Part shown: positions 14,050 through 27,600 of the stretch, piece after piece | How the letters are laid out: every line of letters starts with the position of its first letter | How positions within the stretch are numbered: position 1 is the stretch's first letter | From: Antedon mediterranea | Lineage: Eukaryota > Animalia > Echinodermata | Reading direction: 5' to 3' | Assembly: GCF_964355755.1 (NCBI RefSeq) | Contig: NC_092675.1 | Coordinates: 25,020,912-25,084,911, forward strand | DNA: 64,000 nucleotides | Position numbers and translations under genes: made by a program | The notes under the pieces: model-generated | Told to the model about the DNA's origin: nothing | What the model saw: the letters and a program-made list of their open reading frames with translations, nothing else | Databases searched by the model: none

Positions 14050-14454
14050 ATATCAACCGACTTAAAGTTTGTTATAATGATGCTTTCCGGCGGTTGTTGG
14101 GACAACCCAGATTTGTTAGTGCGAGGAATTTGTTTGTGGAAAACAATATTCCATCATTTTATGAATATTTAAGGATTTCGACTTACCGATTTCGACTTAC
14201 CAATTTCGACTTACCGATTTCGACTTACCGATTTCGACTTACCGATTTATTACAAGAATAATGAAAAGCGAAAATAGAATGTTAATTTGTATATATAAAT
14301 ATTTGCTGATTGATTCAAACATGTACTACAAATGGAGAGAGGCATTATATACCAATAAATAAAAGTTTTGGTCCTCTCACCTTCATCTTTTTTTTGTGTA
14401 ATGTATTATACCATATGGACAATTGTCTGAAATAAAAGTTGAATTGAATTGAAT
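14050..14454 (+). mobile_element. 5'-truncated non-LTR retrotransposon 3' end (possibly RTE-X-like)
   Basis: Translates NRLKVCYNDAFRRLLGQPRFVSARNLFVENNIPSFYEYLR, resembling a LINE ORF2 C-terminus. It ends in GTCTGAAATAAAAG(TTGAA)n. The clade assignment is tentative. Confidence 0.65.
14174..14247 (+). repeat. 14-bp tandem repeat, ~5 copies (GATTTCGACTTACC), inside the LINE fragment
   Basis: Directly visible; it interrupts the LINE reading frame. Confidence 0.9.
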
Positions 14455-15647
14455 ATGGAAGTAAAAAATAAATTATTTTTTACCTTCACGATAATACTTT
14501 GTTTGATTGAGAGAAAACTGTTGTTGCAGATCTTCCTACGAATGATAAATACAATTTCTTCATCATTGGATCTAATAAATTTTCTGTAGTTTTAATGAGA
14601 ACAAAAACAACAAAGTAGGATACATAAAATTGTAATAATTAATTTTTAATAATTTTACTTTCATAAGAAAATAATATTGTTCTACTGCACTACGTTCATT
14701 ACGTAATTCAAAATATCTACGTTAATATTCTTAACTGTGTTTTTACTTCAGGATCAGACAATCATTTCGACTTATCGATGCTGTAAATTTCATATTTCTG
14801 GAGCCGCCAGTATAATTGCTTTATTTGCACATATTATTAATTGAAGTGATAAGATTGTGTTACAATCAATGAAATGTTTTATCATGTTGTCATTAGGGAA
14901 AATTGGATAATATTACATATACATGTCAAGTATTATTACAACTTTGAGAAAGCAATTCCTCTACGGTGGTAACAAGGCTTCTCTGTGTAAATATACCGAC
15001 TTAATTCCGCAGAGGAATGAATCCGGTCCGTTCTTTTAATCCAGCAACATGATTCATGTCGTATTAAGCCTTAGGTAATTCGTTACCACTTCCTTGTGTA
15101 CCCTGTATGTATCATAATGATGCTAGTGTCTAGAGAAACATGCTTACAATACATCTATTGGGCTTCGTATAGTACTTCATCTTTGCCGATATGTATGACA
15201 CAATGCTTCCGTCGACTAACAACATCTAGACTTCACAATGTTAATTATTCATATTTTTATATAGCGATGTCATTCAATTAGTAGTAGACCTATTTATATA
15301 TATATATAACCACATTTTCTATAGATAGTGGTTGTAGCCTACTGTAGCGTATTTTTCTTTATGAATTATTCCTCAAATTAAAAATTAATGAACTTTGTTT
15401 AGACTGGATCGTACATATATCAAGTATATTGGTATACATTTAATTTTCGTAATGCAATAGAATAGAATGTAATATTGTAATTATAGGAATATGGAAATTA
15501 ATAATAAGGTCCATTGTGTTAATTGTAATTATTGTAGGCCTACCTGACTTCGTTTCTTAAAATAATAACAAAACAATATTTGCACTTTGCATTCGATTTA
15601 GGCCTACTACCACCCATCAATGACGGCAGTAAAATGATAGCACTTAA

Positions 15648-16191
15648 AGATGTATTGTCCCTTGAAACACAAAAAATGAAGGTCAAAATATTCTAAATTT
15701 AATTTGGCCATATCAAAGTAATATTAAAATTATTCACTTTAAGTCGAAAATTCGGGCCAAAAACAACAAGTTTACGTAATTAACAGGTAAATTAATTTAA
15801 TTACTTTTCGTCTGGAAAATCGTGGCGAGCAAAAGTAAACAAAGATTTCAAACGACGAGTATGCATTATGCATAATGCTAATTAGGATTGTTTACAACTC
15901 GTCATGGTTGAAAAGGTATTTTCACACAGATCGCGAGGAAGTTTTGATTATGTATACAGAGTAGCCAAACAAGCGCGTTGCATTATGAGATATGTTTTGA
16001 TTGAAAACTTTGACTGGAAGTCAAAGTTATTTTTTTAACAAAAAAACGTCTGTATTTTAGTTAAATTATTTTTTTTCTACAAATTTTTGGTGAAAGTTAA
16101 TAACTATTATGATACTTCAAAATGACCCTCTTTTTTTTCGAAATATTTTATTTTTTATTTTTTGGAAATTAGTCAAAGGGACAATACATCT
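15648..16191. mobile_element. Kolobok-like MITE with TTAA target site duplication
   Basis: TTAA|AGATGTATTGTCCCTTGA...TCAAAGGGACAATACATCT|TTAA. A lone left end of the same family is at ~18117. Confidence 0.82.
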
Positions 16192-17918
16192 TTAAGTTTA
16201 TAAAGTTTATTGGAGAACTCCAAGTTTGCTAATAACAAATGTTCGAGAAATGACTTCCCTATATTATGTAATGTCAAAAGTATCAAGAAACACGTCCCCG
16301 TTTAGGCTGTTTAACCTTTCATACCGTCAATACAAGAAACCAAACCTTCCGTTATGACATCACACCTTATGAATCATACATATCTGCGGTCGTCATACAT
16401 TTTCATAATACCATAGATTTTTTAAAGAGATGACAATATAATAACACACGGTGCCATTTATGACAGCAATTGTTGCTAATATTTATACTACGGATTTGTT
16501 GTAAGTGCCTATACCCATTTACTTTATATCCGGTAGGCTATCGAAAGGATAAAGCAGATAGTCTTTTTACAACCATGACATTTCTAGGATGCTATTGTTG
16601 TTTCGTAATTTGAAACATGTGTGAAGTTAATAAGTTCATTTACAATTAGCATCACTTAACGGAAACTAAGTGACAATACTTAAGTTGAATTATCTTTTTA
16701 GTACGCGCCTCTGAAAACGGTCTAATGTTAATGGGGTCAAGAAATATAATGTCATGGTCAATATTTATTCGTAACAAAATGAAAATAAAGACGTTTGACA
16801 TTACAATACTGACATTACAATAAGGACTTAAAATATATTAGAGGATTAATTAATTATTATGCAATTATAAATATTGCATTATTGCTCAATTATGTTTTAT
16901 TAGTTTATTTTAAAATTATAGTATATTTTTTTAGATAATTAGTGAAAGTTTATTACTATATAAATTCTTACTAAAAAACAGTTAAAATCATTCTTAGTTT
17001 TACAAGTTTAACGACCTTTTGTCATGTGAGTATAAGTGTTGGGTTTGTAATCCAGGGAATCGTATCAACCTTCGTGGTATGATGTGCACTTGAATATTTG
17101 CCAGGCTACAACCATGTACAAGCATGATTGAGGCTACCGATTTGCAGAAAATCCACGATGGGATTACACTTTCATAAAATTCATCATCAGATGTAGTCCT
17201 TGTGGTGTTATGGTTCGACATCTGCAGTAGGCCTAATTCTAATTCCATGTCACTCATCCCTCTAACGTTCATGATATAATATTTCAAGCGTATGTTTGTG
17301 TTATATTCTCTGTGGCAGACATTTTTTTAATTATGTGATTTATGTCCGGGTTGAAATTGGCAATTTTATCAAAGTTTGCACGAAAGATTGAACTTTATTT
17401 TTCAACACATCAAAACATGGACGAGTTTGGTCATTAATCTCCATGATTTATATACGTAGGCCTAGTGTAATTCTACTTCTTCCAATTTGTCTTTAAGTTT
17501 CCCTGCTTAATAATCTAAGCTAAAATCAACTCTATGAACAAAATAATAAAAATATAACTATAACATGAAGATTTGTGAATAACTAACTAACACCATATAT
17601 TTTATAACATCTTTAGTTAAATGGTATTTCTCACGAAATCTCAGCTCACAACAAGGCTGTCAAACGTTTAGATGGCTTTGATTGCACTTAGGCTGTGAAG
17701 ATGTGGGCGAATGATATGTAGGTTTGGTATTACCAAATATCATTTTAAGTTTAACACCCGTTTAATTGTAGGCCTACTAGGAAGCGATGACGACAGTTGG
17801 TATCGAGTATGCATGTAGGCCTAACACTCGCCCCTCGTTGTAATCAAATGATTTAACTGTAGGGTTGTTACCCAATGGGCTAACGCAGCTGTTGTTTAGT
17901 GCACGTAGGCCAGATGTA

Positions 17919-18094
17919 AGCTTGGTTCCCACTAGAACGTAACGCAAGGACGTAAACGCATAACGGAAGCGTTTTAACCAATGACAAGTTATAAACAGTT
18001 AGCAATCAGAAGCGAATAAGCCATCGCTTGTGATTGGTCAATTCACTTGCGTTGCGTTACGTCCTTGTGTTGCGTCGCTAGTGGGAACCACGCT
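17919..18094. mobile_element. PIF/Harbinger-like MITE, family A
   Basis: Terminal repeats AGCTTGGTTCCCACTAG...CTAGTGGGAACCACGCT with internal ACGCAA/TTGCGT repeats. It is the reverse complement of the copy at 60132-60310. Confidence 0.85.
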
Positions 18095-19989
18095 ATACAC
18101 ATACATACACTTTTAAAGATGTACTGTCTCCCAAAAAGTATGAAAAATTAAGATTAATAAAACCAGCATTTATCATATTTATCATCATAAACTTTGCAGT
18201 TTTAAGTTAATTGGTTATTGCTAATTACTGGGTATTGTGGATTACCATGATTTACATATTATAGCTATATAGCTAATTATTATTTTTTATGTATTGGAAT
18301 GTTTTTATCGGAATAGTTAATATTGAAGTATCGTATAAATTGCATGACGCCCTCTTTATTATCTTCATACAGAACTTTTTACCGAAATGTGCTGTACAGT
18401 ATTGCATTTTTATTGAGTATTAGGCATTGGTTTCAAATCAATAAATCAATAGAATTGGATAAACCTTATGAAATGCAACAGTGATAAACAGTTCTGATTT
18501 CTCATTTATTTACAGGGATATATAATGTTAATACATAGTCATGAGTCAGATCCAATTAATTACTGTAGTATTAATAAACAAACTACGAATATACTGTATT
18601 TACAAAGTTTAGTCTATATTTATAGTCAATGAAAAGTATTAACTATTACCATTGAGACCAAACCAGTTGACTCATCAGGCTAGACAGGCAGTACAACAAC
18701 GCTCTGAATGATACAACGCAAGGTACCTCTTGCCTCCGACGTTGCCTGCATATCAGCACCCATTCACCCTCATGTACAACGTATACATGCATGTATCTGG
18801 TCACTTAGGTACAATCATGTCCAAGTTTGTTCGGCCATAGATTACATGTTCAGCCGTATTATTTTACACAAACTTATTATATAGCTAGTCACTCTGATCA
18901 AATACAATTACAAAAGTTTGTGAATAGTGTATTTGATTGTACACTATAATTATAAAGCTTGTATACCTACAAGGTCATAACAACTATAATTTTTAAAAAT
19001 GTATTAATCTATAAACAACATTTTAATTTGTTAAGTTTAATAACATGATGGTTAACAAGATAATAATACATAAGGAATAATAATTTAATATGTTGTGTGA
19101 GTTAAAACAGTATCTTTAAAAAAACTATACACAATCAAGGCGTTTCCAATAATCATGTAGACACGTATCTGTCCTAAAACCACTAATTCGGCTATTTCAT
19201 CTCTTCAAGGTTACAAGCACTTATTAATATTATAAAAATTAAAAATAAAATGAGCCATTTAGTATACTTCTGTAAAATCATGAGGTTTTTCATACAACTG
19301 TACTAACATAACAATCGTGATCTCGCTTAGTCCTTGCCTATAATAGTTAAAAAGTCAAAAGTCAAAAAGCGGTTGATATAAATCGTGACGAATGTTAACA
19401 TAATTACTTTCAAACATCTCATAATAAGAGTTCCTGTTTGAAACCATTCTGTGACCGAAATATTTGACATGAGAATTAATTCTATGAGCCAATCAAACAT
19501 ACTTTACACATAAATTTTAAAATTAAATTTCACAGTGGCAGACTGTTATGCTTGCTCTAGTGTATAAATTGAGGTAAACACTCGACACGGTCAATTACCA
19601 ATCTTCTTTATAGTTGTGTATACGGGTAATCTGATCCTCACTTGTAAAAATAATTTATGAACTACAATTTTCCCTCGATATTTTATTTCATGTGTACTTA
19701 TAATAACGCGATTGCAGCCAACTTTTCAAAACTGTACCATTATGCATCGTGTTATAAAATACAAAAACAATAAACTTAATTTATTACTTTAGCCTATAGT
19801 TAGTTTTAAATAGTTGAGTTAGCTTGTTAGAAATAATAATTCAATGTGCATACCCTCTCTTTTCCAACAAACATTTTAGTTTATTTAATTTTTAACTCTA
19901 AATTTTTTGTGCTTTATTTTATCTTTATAAATTATATTTTAATTTTATTTTATTGTTACATGTTTATGTTTTGTCATGATGTATTTATT

Positions 19990-20062
19990 TGAGGGTCCCT
20001 AATGATCAGCTTCGGCTGGATGGACCATCCTCGTAAAATATTATTGAAATAAATAAATAAAT
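19990..20062 (+). mobile_element. Probable LINE/SINE 3' tail remnant
   Basis: GC-richer stem-loop-like segment (GAGGGTCC...GGACCATCCTC) followed by (AAAT)n. Confidence 0.35.
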
Positions 20063-20376
20063 GAAACAATCTTACCAAGCAACTAATCCTCTATAACCAA
20101 ATGTTACATGAAGCTATTAGTTAATTTTAAAACAAAATCAGTATTCTGAGGGTCAACTTTGATGACTGTGGCTATATACATTTGGATTCATTCAAGTTTT
20201 CAATAATTTTACACACATTGGGATATAACATTATTGACCTAATTTTCGATTCGGCAATGTTTCTAAAGCTTTTAATTTTCTTTAGCGTATCTAATTTCCT
20301 AGTTACACGTCATAAAGTTAATTTCAAGCGATGCGTAAATTACTGTTAGTGTAATAAATATACATAAAAGGTTTTG

Positions 20377-23300
20377 TTACATTGTGTGTTCTCTCAATTT
20401 TACTGAGTTTTTAAATGGACGGTTACTGCATTTCTCGGTTGTGTTCGGACGATCCGATATTGCCATACACAGTTTTGGTTTCATCCCTTTGCTTTTTCCA
20501 TTGGTCACGCGAACGCACTTTACAGTCCTCTTTCGTTCACCTTCTCCACATGGTTTAGAGCAGTCACTCCAGTTAGACACATCCCAGGAATACCTTTTTT
20601 AAAATATGACGTCATGTTAAAATAAAATAATGCGAGGCTGAATTATTTTACTAAATTTATTTTTCATATGAACCACATTATTTCAATATTATTAGACTAG
20701 AATAGAAGACATTTACTGATTTTGTTTAACCAATTTCTATCAATTTAAAACATCTTAAGAAACTAAGCTTTTATTACCTACTTATCTTTTTATATTATAC
20801 ATAAGAAATACTTTTCTGTTATATACCATGCCATGATTATACACTGTACAAGTAGATCTGAATATTATAGAACTAATAAAACATTATTGAAATTAGCAGT
20901 ATACATAATTATGATTGTGTGATGAAGGAATTCTTACGTTTTACACGCATTTTCTGCACATGGTATCCTCAAGACTGGTGCATTCGTTTGGCACTTCCGT
21001 TCGTTTACAATTTTCATACTGTCTGTCTTTTTGCATTTGTAGATTTCCATTTGAAAACCTAAAAAGTAAATGCATTCAAGGTCAAAATATGTCATGTCGC
21101 ATTACAATATAAATCTAGAAATAGCAGCTTATACTGAATTTCAGGTACAGTAGGTGTTGTTGGCAACAATTTTCCTCTCTTCTAGTGTTTCGAAAGATGC
21201 ACTGTATTATTTAAAGTCAGGTATCCAGATTGATAATCAATTAATTCGCACTGCCATTTCCGCCATTTTTCTGTTAATTTTAGTTTGAATCTTTCTATTA
21301 ATATATCAGTGAATTTGTGCCGATTAAAATAATAAAAGTTTGCCCTTACCTCCGCCACAGGTGGCGCTACACTCACTGACGCCGTATTTTACCCAAATGT
21401 ATGATAACAGTTTAGGTATATTTTTCACAGTAGCACGTCTAGCAGCAAGAAACATGGCGTCTTTTTCTTTCTCCGTGACGAACTTACATACAACAGACGG
21501 AACTTTGGAATCTGTTTTATTTCTATATATCTAGTAGTATAAATTAGAATACAATATTATAAAAGCTGAATTTATAAAAGATTATTGAATCTAAAAACAT
21601 ACTGTAAGCTTAGTAGAAATGATGAGAACAGAAACATTTTTTAGGTTTTGGTAAAACAAAAATGTAAATACATTTTAATCTGATTTGTTGTTACTGCATT
21701 ATTTTATTAATTATTAAGTACTATTACTGGTAATTACTATGTAAGTGTTATATATATAATTTTGTTTAAAGCCCCATTTCCTACCTTTTTAGATCTAATT
21801 AAAGGTCACAAACTACATTTATTGTAAAAATAAATACTGCTGTAATGGTCCAATTGCGATAAACTTTTTTCGTTTTAAAACGGTTTGGGTTAAAAATGTG
21901 AAAAATAAGTCGATTCTGATAATTTAAGCAGGTCTCTATAAATCCCAAATCCCAATAATGAATTGCGCGCGGATTAATATTTTCGTTTTTCTTCTGTGAT
22001 TCACCCAATTTCGATCGATCATGTGAAGGCCAAAACAATGAATGAATCGTAACTTTTCAGCGAATACCGGGTTTTCCCCAATGCGGATTCTGGCAAAACA
22101 GAAAGACAATAATACAGCAACTATACAACGTTAGGCTAGGCCTATAGCTAGAGTACGATGTCCGTACGTTACTGCTACAAGCTATGTCTACACAATTGAG
22201 CCTATCTAGTCTAGATAAAAGCCGTTCACGAGAGGACATTCACCGCGAGCTACTTAGATAGTGCATCACTTCTCTTTCTTTTTCATAATTTACCATAAAC
22301 CTTAAGTAAAATAAATGTCATCCCCTCTCATTCACACAATTAAGAGTAATTTTAAATCACTTAATGATACACAAATGTCTCACCTTTAAACTCATCTTAT
22401 TTAAGATTGGACCTGGTGATGACGTCACTCTTCTTAACCCACCCTCCTTGATGCTGAATGTAAACTTAACGCCAGCTGAAATGACATATCTACTAGTAGT
22501 GGTTTGCCATTCAATAGACCTCGTGTCTATCACATTCTCGCCTGTATCTACGTTTCTTAAAACTGAAAATAGACAGGTTTTAATTAATTTAATGATAATA
22601 TATCAATCAATTTAGTAGATAGGCCCAACCATGATAATGGTTTGACTGTGAAGAAATAGAAACGAGCAAATATTGGCCTAGCGTGTCTGCTGAAAACCTT
22701 CAACAAACATAGGATATAATAATAACATTACTTGAGTAACGGCGGAGTGACGAGTAGACCTACACAGTCCTGTCAGATACACCTCCTCAAAACAAAATAA
22801 CTTTGCTCCATACTTTTGTGAATCAATTGTTATTGGTTAGAATATTTAAATATTTAATTTAGGTGACAATGAATTTGTATGTTGTGTGTCTTTCACAAAT
22901 TACACATTTGCCCAATTTTATATCGTTAAATATCAAACTTACCAAGAGAATGTCCACTTTGTGTTTTATCAAAAATATGAATGCTTCTTGCGCCAACTGG
23001 GATACTGGTAATGGCATAGGACTCTATTGACATGAACAGACAAATAGTTTGAATGTCATTAGTATTAGGTAACCTGTTCAGTGCATTATTATCGTTTTCT
23101 GTAATTAACCAATTAACCCTACTTTCTTTCTCAAATATCTAGAAATACACAATGACCTTATATCGAGCTTATTACATGTTCATAATCAGTTTACAAGAGA
23201 TAGCTCTCTTTCGAATTGAAATATAACCAAATTATTCTCGTGTCAGTCAAAACAAGTTTGGAATTTGGATCTCTCGTTTTCTTTAATTTTGTTTCCAGAT

Positions 23301-24596
23301 TGTCGCAATGCTTTTTCACAAATCCTGTCCTATAACATAAACTGTTAATAATAGGCCTAAGCTGAATCCATTTAAAAAAAATAAAATATATCATAACTTA
23401 CTCTTCTTCATATTTTTCCTAAATGTTTTTTTGGTTGTCGTACATGTTTCATTAGTTCCATGACACACGCCACAGCTATCGAATTGTGCTGTAGACCCAA
23501 GGACGTTATCGCAACCAAGACGCTGTGAATTTCATAACAAATGACATAATTAATATAGTAATTATAATTATTGCAACAAATTTTATTATTATTCATCCAA
23601 ACAATGTTTAAAATATTATGACGATGAAAGTATGACAATGGTAATATTGATATCTATAGTCGAGTAGCCGCACGCTTAAGGAGCACCACGACAACCATAA
23701 ACCTTTCCTCATCCAAGTTTTATTATACATCTTACGGTAGTGGTAGTGGTTAACCTCGGTGTGCAATTAAGACACTATCAATAACAAGTTTTGTGAGGGC
23801 TATGATGGACCCTAACAATCAAGAATCAGTCAGATGCTTATAGGTATTTTGCTAAATAACCTGTCCTTACCATACATGCTCCTTGTATGCAAATAGATGT
23901 TGGTTCATCGTATGAACAAGGAGTACCATCAGGCACTGATCCTATGCTGACAACTCTACCAGACGTTGACGTCTTTGAAACACACGTCAGCAAACACCTT
24001 TCAGACTCTAAACAAATTAATTATGCAAAATACATTATGATATAAATATGTGCATACTTTTGGATACTTTTCATTATGTCCTATCAACGATTTGTATTGA
24101 GAACCATCAATGCATTTCAACATGAAGATGTAATACACAGTTCCTTGATGGTACACTCAAGCACCAAGTCTACTTTAAGTTGAACGCATCTTACCCTTTT
24201 CAGCTTCTGCTGGTACCAATACCGAATTTTGTTCCTTGCATAAATCGGCTCTAACATCGGTCTTTTCTTCAGGGCATTTCTGAAAATAGAATACCGACCA
24301 TCATTCATTTAATACTAACATTTAGTTGAGTTTGAATTAATTTTAAATCGACGTTTGTATGAGCGTACTGCAACAGATTGTCAAGAAGTTATGTTCTAAG
24401 AAATTAAAATTAGACCCTATTTCAATTATTAAAACATGAATTATAACATCATACTTACTTGAACATTGCATGTTTTGTGTTCAAAATTACTTCCAGTACA
24501 GTATTTGCCACCGTTCTTGGGCCTACAGAAACAACAATAACATATATACTTATTGTATGTATTAAAGGTAGCGAATTATTGAAAAGGTGGGCATTA

Positions 24597-24629
<33 letters not shown>

Positions 24630-27600
24630 TTAGGTATTTGTATAGCGCCAGAATCAACTAAACCGAAGTAAAAATCAAAGGCGCTTATATTGGATGTTAA
24701 AAAGATGCGTTTTAAGTTCTTTTTTAAAAATAGCAATAGAAGTTGATTTAGTAAAATGACGAGGGAGAGAATTCCAAAGAGAAGCAGCAGAAAACATAAA
24801 AGACCTTTGTTCATAAGATTTGGTGTTAATTCTAGGAACAAGTAGTAGGTTTTGATCAGCCGAACGAAGACAAGCAAGAGGGGTGTATGAGGGAAGAAGA
24901 TCAAGGAGATAAGTAGGTTGTTTAAGAAGTAGCGCTTTAAATGTTAGTAAAAGGATCTTATATTTTATACGGGAGTCAATAGGTAGCCAATGGAGGTTAT
25001 ATATAATAGGAGATATGTGTGAGGATCTTCTAGTAAGAGTTAGAATGCCTGCAGCAGTGTTCTGGAGACGTTGAGGCCGATTCATTAAAGATTTCGGTAG
25101 GGCAAAAAAAAGAGAGTTGCAATAATCAAGGGGAGAGGAGATACTGTAGAGGAGACCACCAATTGTCATAATTTCATAATACCCTGTATTTCAAAAGTGG
25201 AATTTGCACATCTTGAATTTTTGTTCAATTGCTACTGATTCTTAAACAAAAATAATTGATAATAAATCATTATTTCTTAAATTATTAAATAGAATATCAA
25301 TAAAAAAGCATCATTTAATGAAGAAAGAATATTAATTAAAACTGTTAGGTCAAAAAGTCGAGCGGCGTTTGTAAGACAAATTTCTTGTTAAAATTGGATC
25401 AAGAAGTGGGAATTGTTTTTCTCATAAGTTTACAACAATATCGTACTCGGTTACCAGTTCAACTTGTATGTATAAGATGTAGGCCTATTACTGACATTAC
25501 TTTAGTTTATTTTTTATTCGTGGAATATTGTATATTACAAGGTCTCACGAGGCGTATTAATGATTCATTTCTCCGTCACAATCAATCATAATGGTAACAT
25601 ATTACCTTCAAGGAACCAGAAAAAAAATACATTTGATTTATAGCACACGCAATTCATAACGAATGCTATGTAATGTTGCATTATACAGTACGGTAATATT
25701 GAACTTACTCTGGATTTGTACACTTCCGCTCCCTGGTAGATATGCCTACGCCACATGACAAGGAACATTCACTGAAATCACTCCAGTCGTTCCATCCTCC
25801 GTCGACCATGGTTGGTTTTAATATGTTAGGTGTCTTGATGCACTTCCTATCATTGCACATCTAGGAAGAAAAAACCCAAATTATTGCGGATATTAAATCC
25901 GGTCTACAAAATTCTATATTGTTTAACTTCTGATACGTAAGCGGGAACTTAAAGCGTGGTTCCCACTAGAACGCAACGCGGCGACGTATTGACACAAAGT
26001 GATGTAGGCCTATTGCGTAATCACAAGTGGGAACCGACGACGCAATTAGTGCTGCAAACATCGCATGTTTGATTTTACGCAGGCGGAGGAAAACACAATT
26101 ATGAGAAGGGCATTTGCTTACGTTGCGTAGATTGTGTTACTTTGCGTCGCTAGTGGGAACCAAGCTTTAGTTAAACACACCTTATGGGATCTGAATATAC
26201 GTTAAAGCCTATTAGTGAATGATTTCAATTAATCCTCAATTTTCTCACGTTTGTTTATTTATACCATTGTTTACTAAGAAATACGACTACAACAACAACG
26301 CCACAAATCAATGCAATTACTTACCTTGTTCTTTCCGCAAGGTGTTCCGTCAAGAGGTGGGGATCTTTTATGAGCACATGAGTATGGCGTCTTTTCGTTC
26401 ATACACCACAGCTCATCGCATAACGCAGCATCTGAGAAGTACTATATTTGAGAACAACGTTATTAATTTTTTATTCATTCATTTTACTAAATATACTATC
26501 TTTACAACAACAAATTGAAACAAATAATAATAAACACAGATACATTTTTGTTTACAAAAAAAGAGAAAGCATCATGGTAGTTATGACCTACACATTTTCT
26601 ACAGAACAATACATCTGGCCACATAGAGAATAATAATATAAGCATGAACATGAATGCATAAATATACTAATGTGTATAACAAGCTAGTTATAGTTTATTT
26701 TATTGTTTTGTTGATTTCTGCCAGAAAGTCACTCTTCTCTTTTAAATGTTTTATATTTTTCTGGATAAAGGGTAATGATCCTTTACTCTGTGTAATTACA
26801 TCTGGGTGAAACGGTAAGAGGATCTGTCACGTTCGTGTTGAATTATAATTATGTATGCCAAAATAATAAATTGTTAAAGACATCAATGCTTATGAATTTT
26901 TTACTACGCCAACCTGTAATTTATCAACAATGAAGTATTTAAAAAAATGTAAATTTCGTTTCAGCTTTCTTTACATTCCCATAGTACTACAACGTATCGC
27001 AACGTAAAACTGCAAAATCTAACTGTAGTGATAGACCTACTGGTATCAGAGGTATGCTTTGTCCATAAATAAGCATGTTCTCAGGAGGAGATAGAAAGCT
27101 CTGAAGATAAAATGCCTGGGGACACAATAGAGTGACCAGAGGAGGTTTTTGAACTTAAAAGTTTTTTTAGAGGGCGATATCAAACAATTAACCTTTCAAG
27201 TTTTACTACTGCCAGAATAAATAAAAATAAATAATAAGCCATTGGTCAGTATGAAATATGATCACTTTTCAAACACCACCGCAATCCCTCACACTGTACT
27301 TCCATACGATAACAACTCATGATTTGATTTTGACTTTTTAAGAGGCAAAAGTAAATTATTTTTATATTAGTACAAAAGAACAACATTACAATTGTATTCC
27401 TATTGTTTTGTATTGTGTATATTATCAATTACCGTGTTGCATCTGACAAAACCCGAACCATATTGATAACTACATTGTTTGTCCATTGATATTCCGATTC
27501 CTGGATAAAGTTCATTCGGTAGATGAAATACCTTGTCGTTGAATGGTTCATCCTTTAAACACCACCCAGCACTGTTGAAATATAAATCATATATTAATAC

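Noticed and set aside
17000-17287. 95-aa ORF
   Set aside because: Non-ATG start, no domain recognised, no linked exons.
21488-21530. Internal GTAAGT donor that would create a 43-nt ADAMTS exon
   Set aside because: The frame stays open through it into TSR2 (to 21350), so the longer exon is preferred.
24455-24904. 149-aa Leu-rich ORF
   Set aside because: It is an alternative frame across the LINE fragment and its (ATT)n tail.
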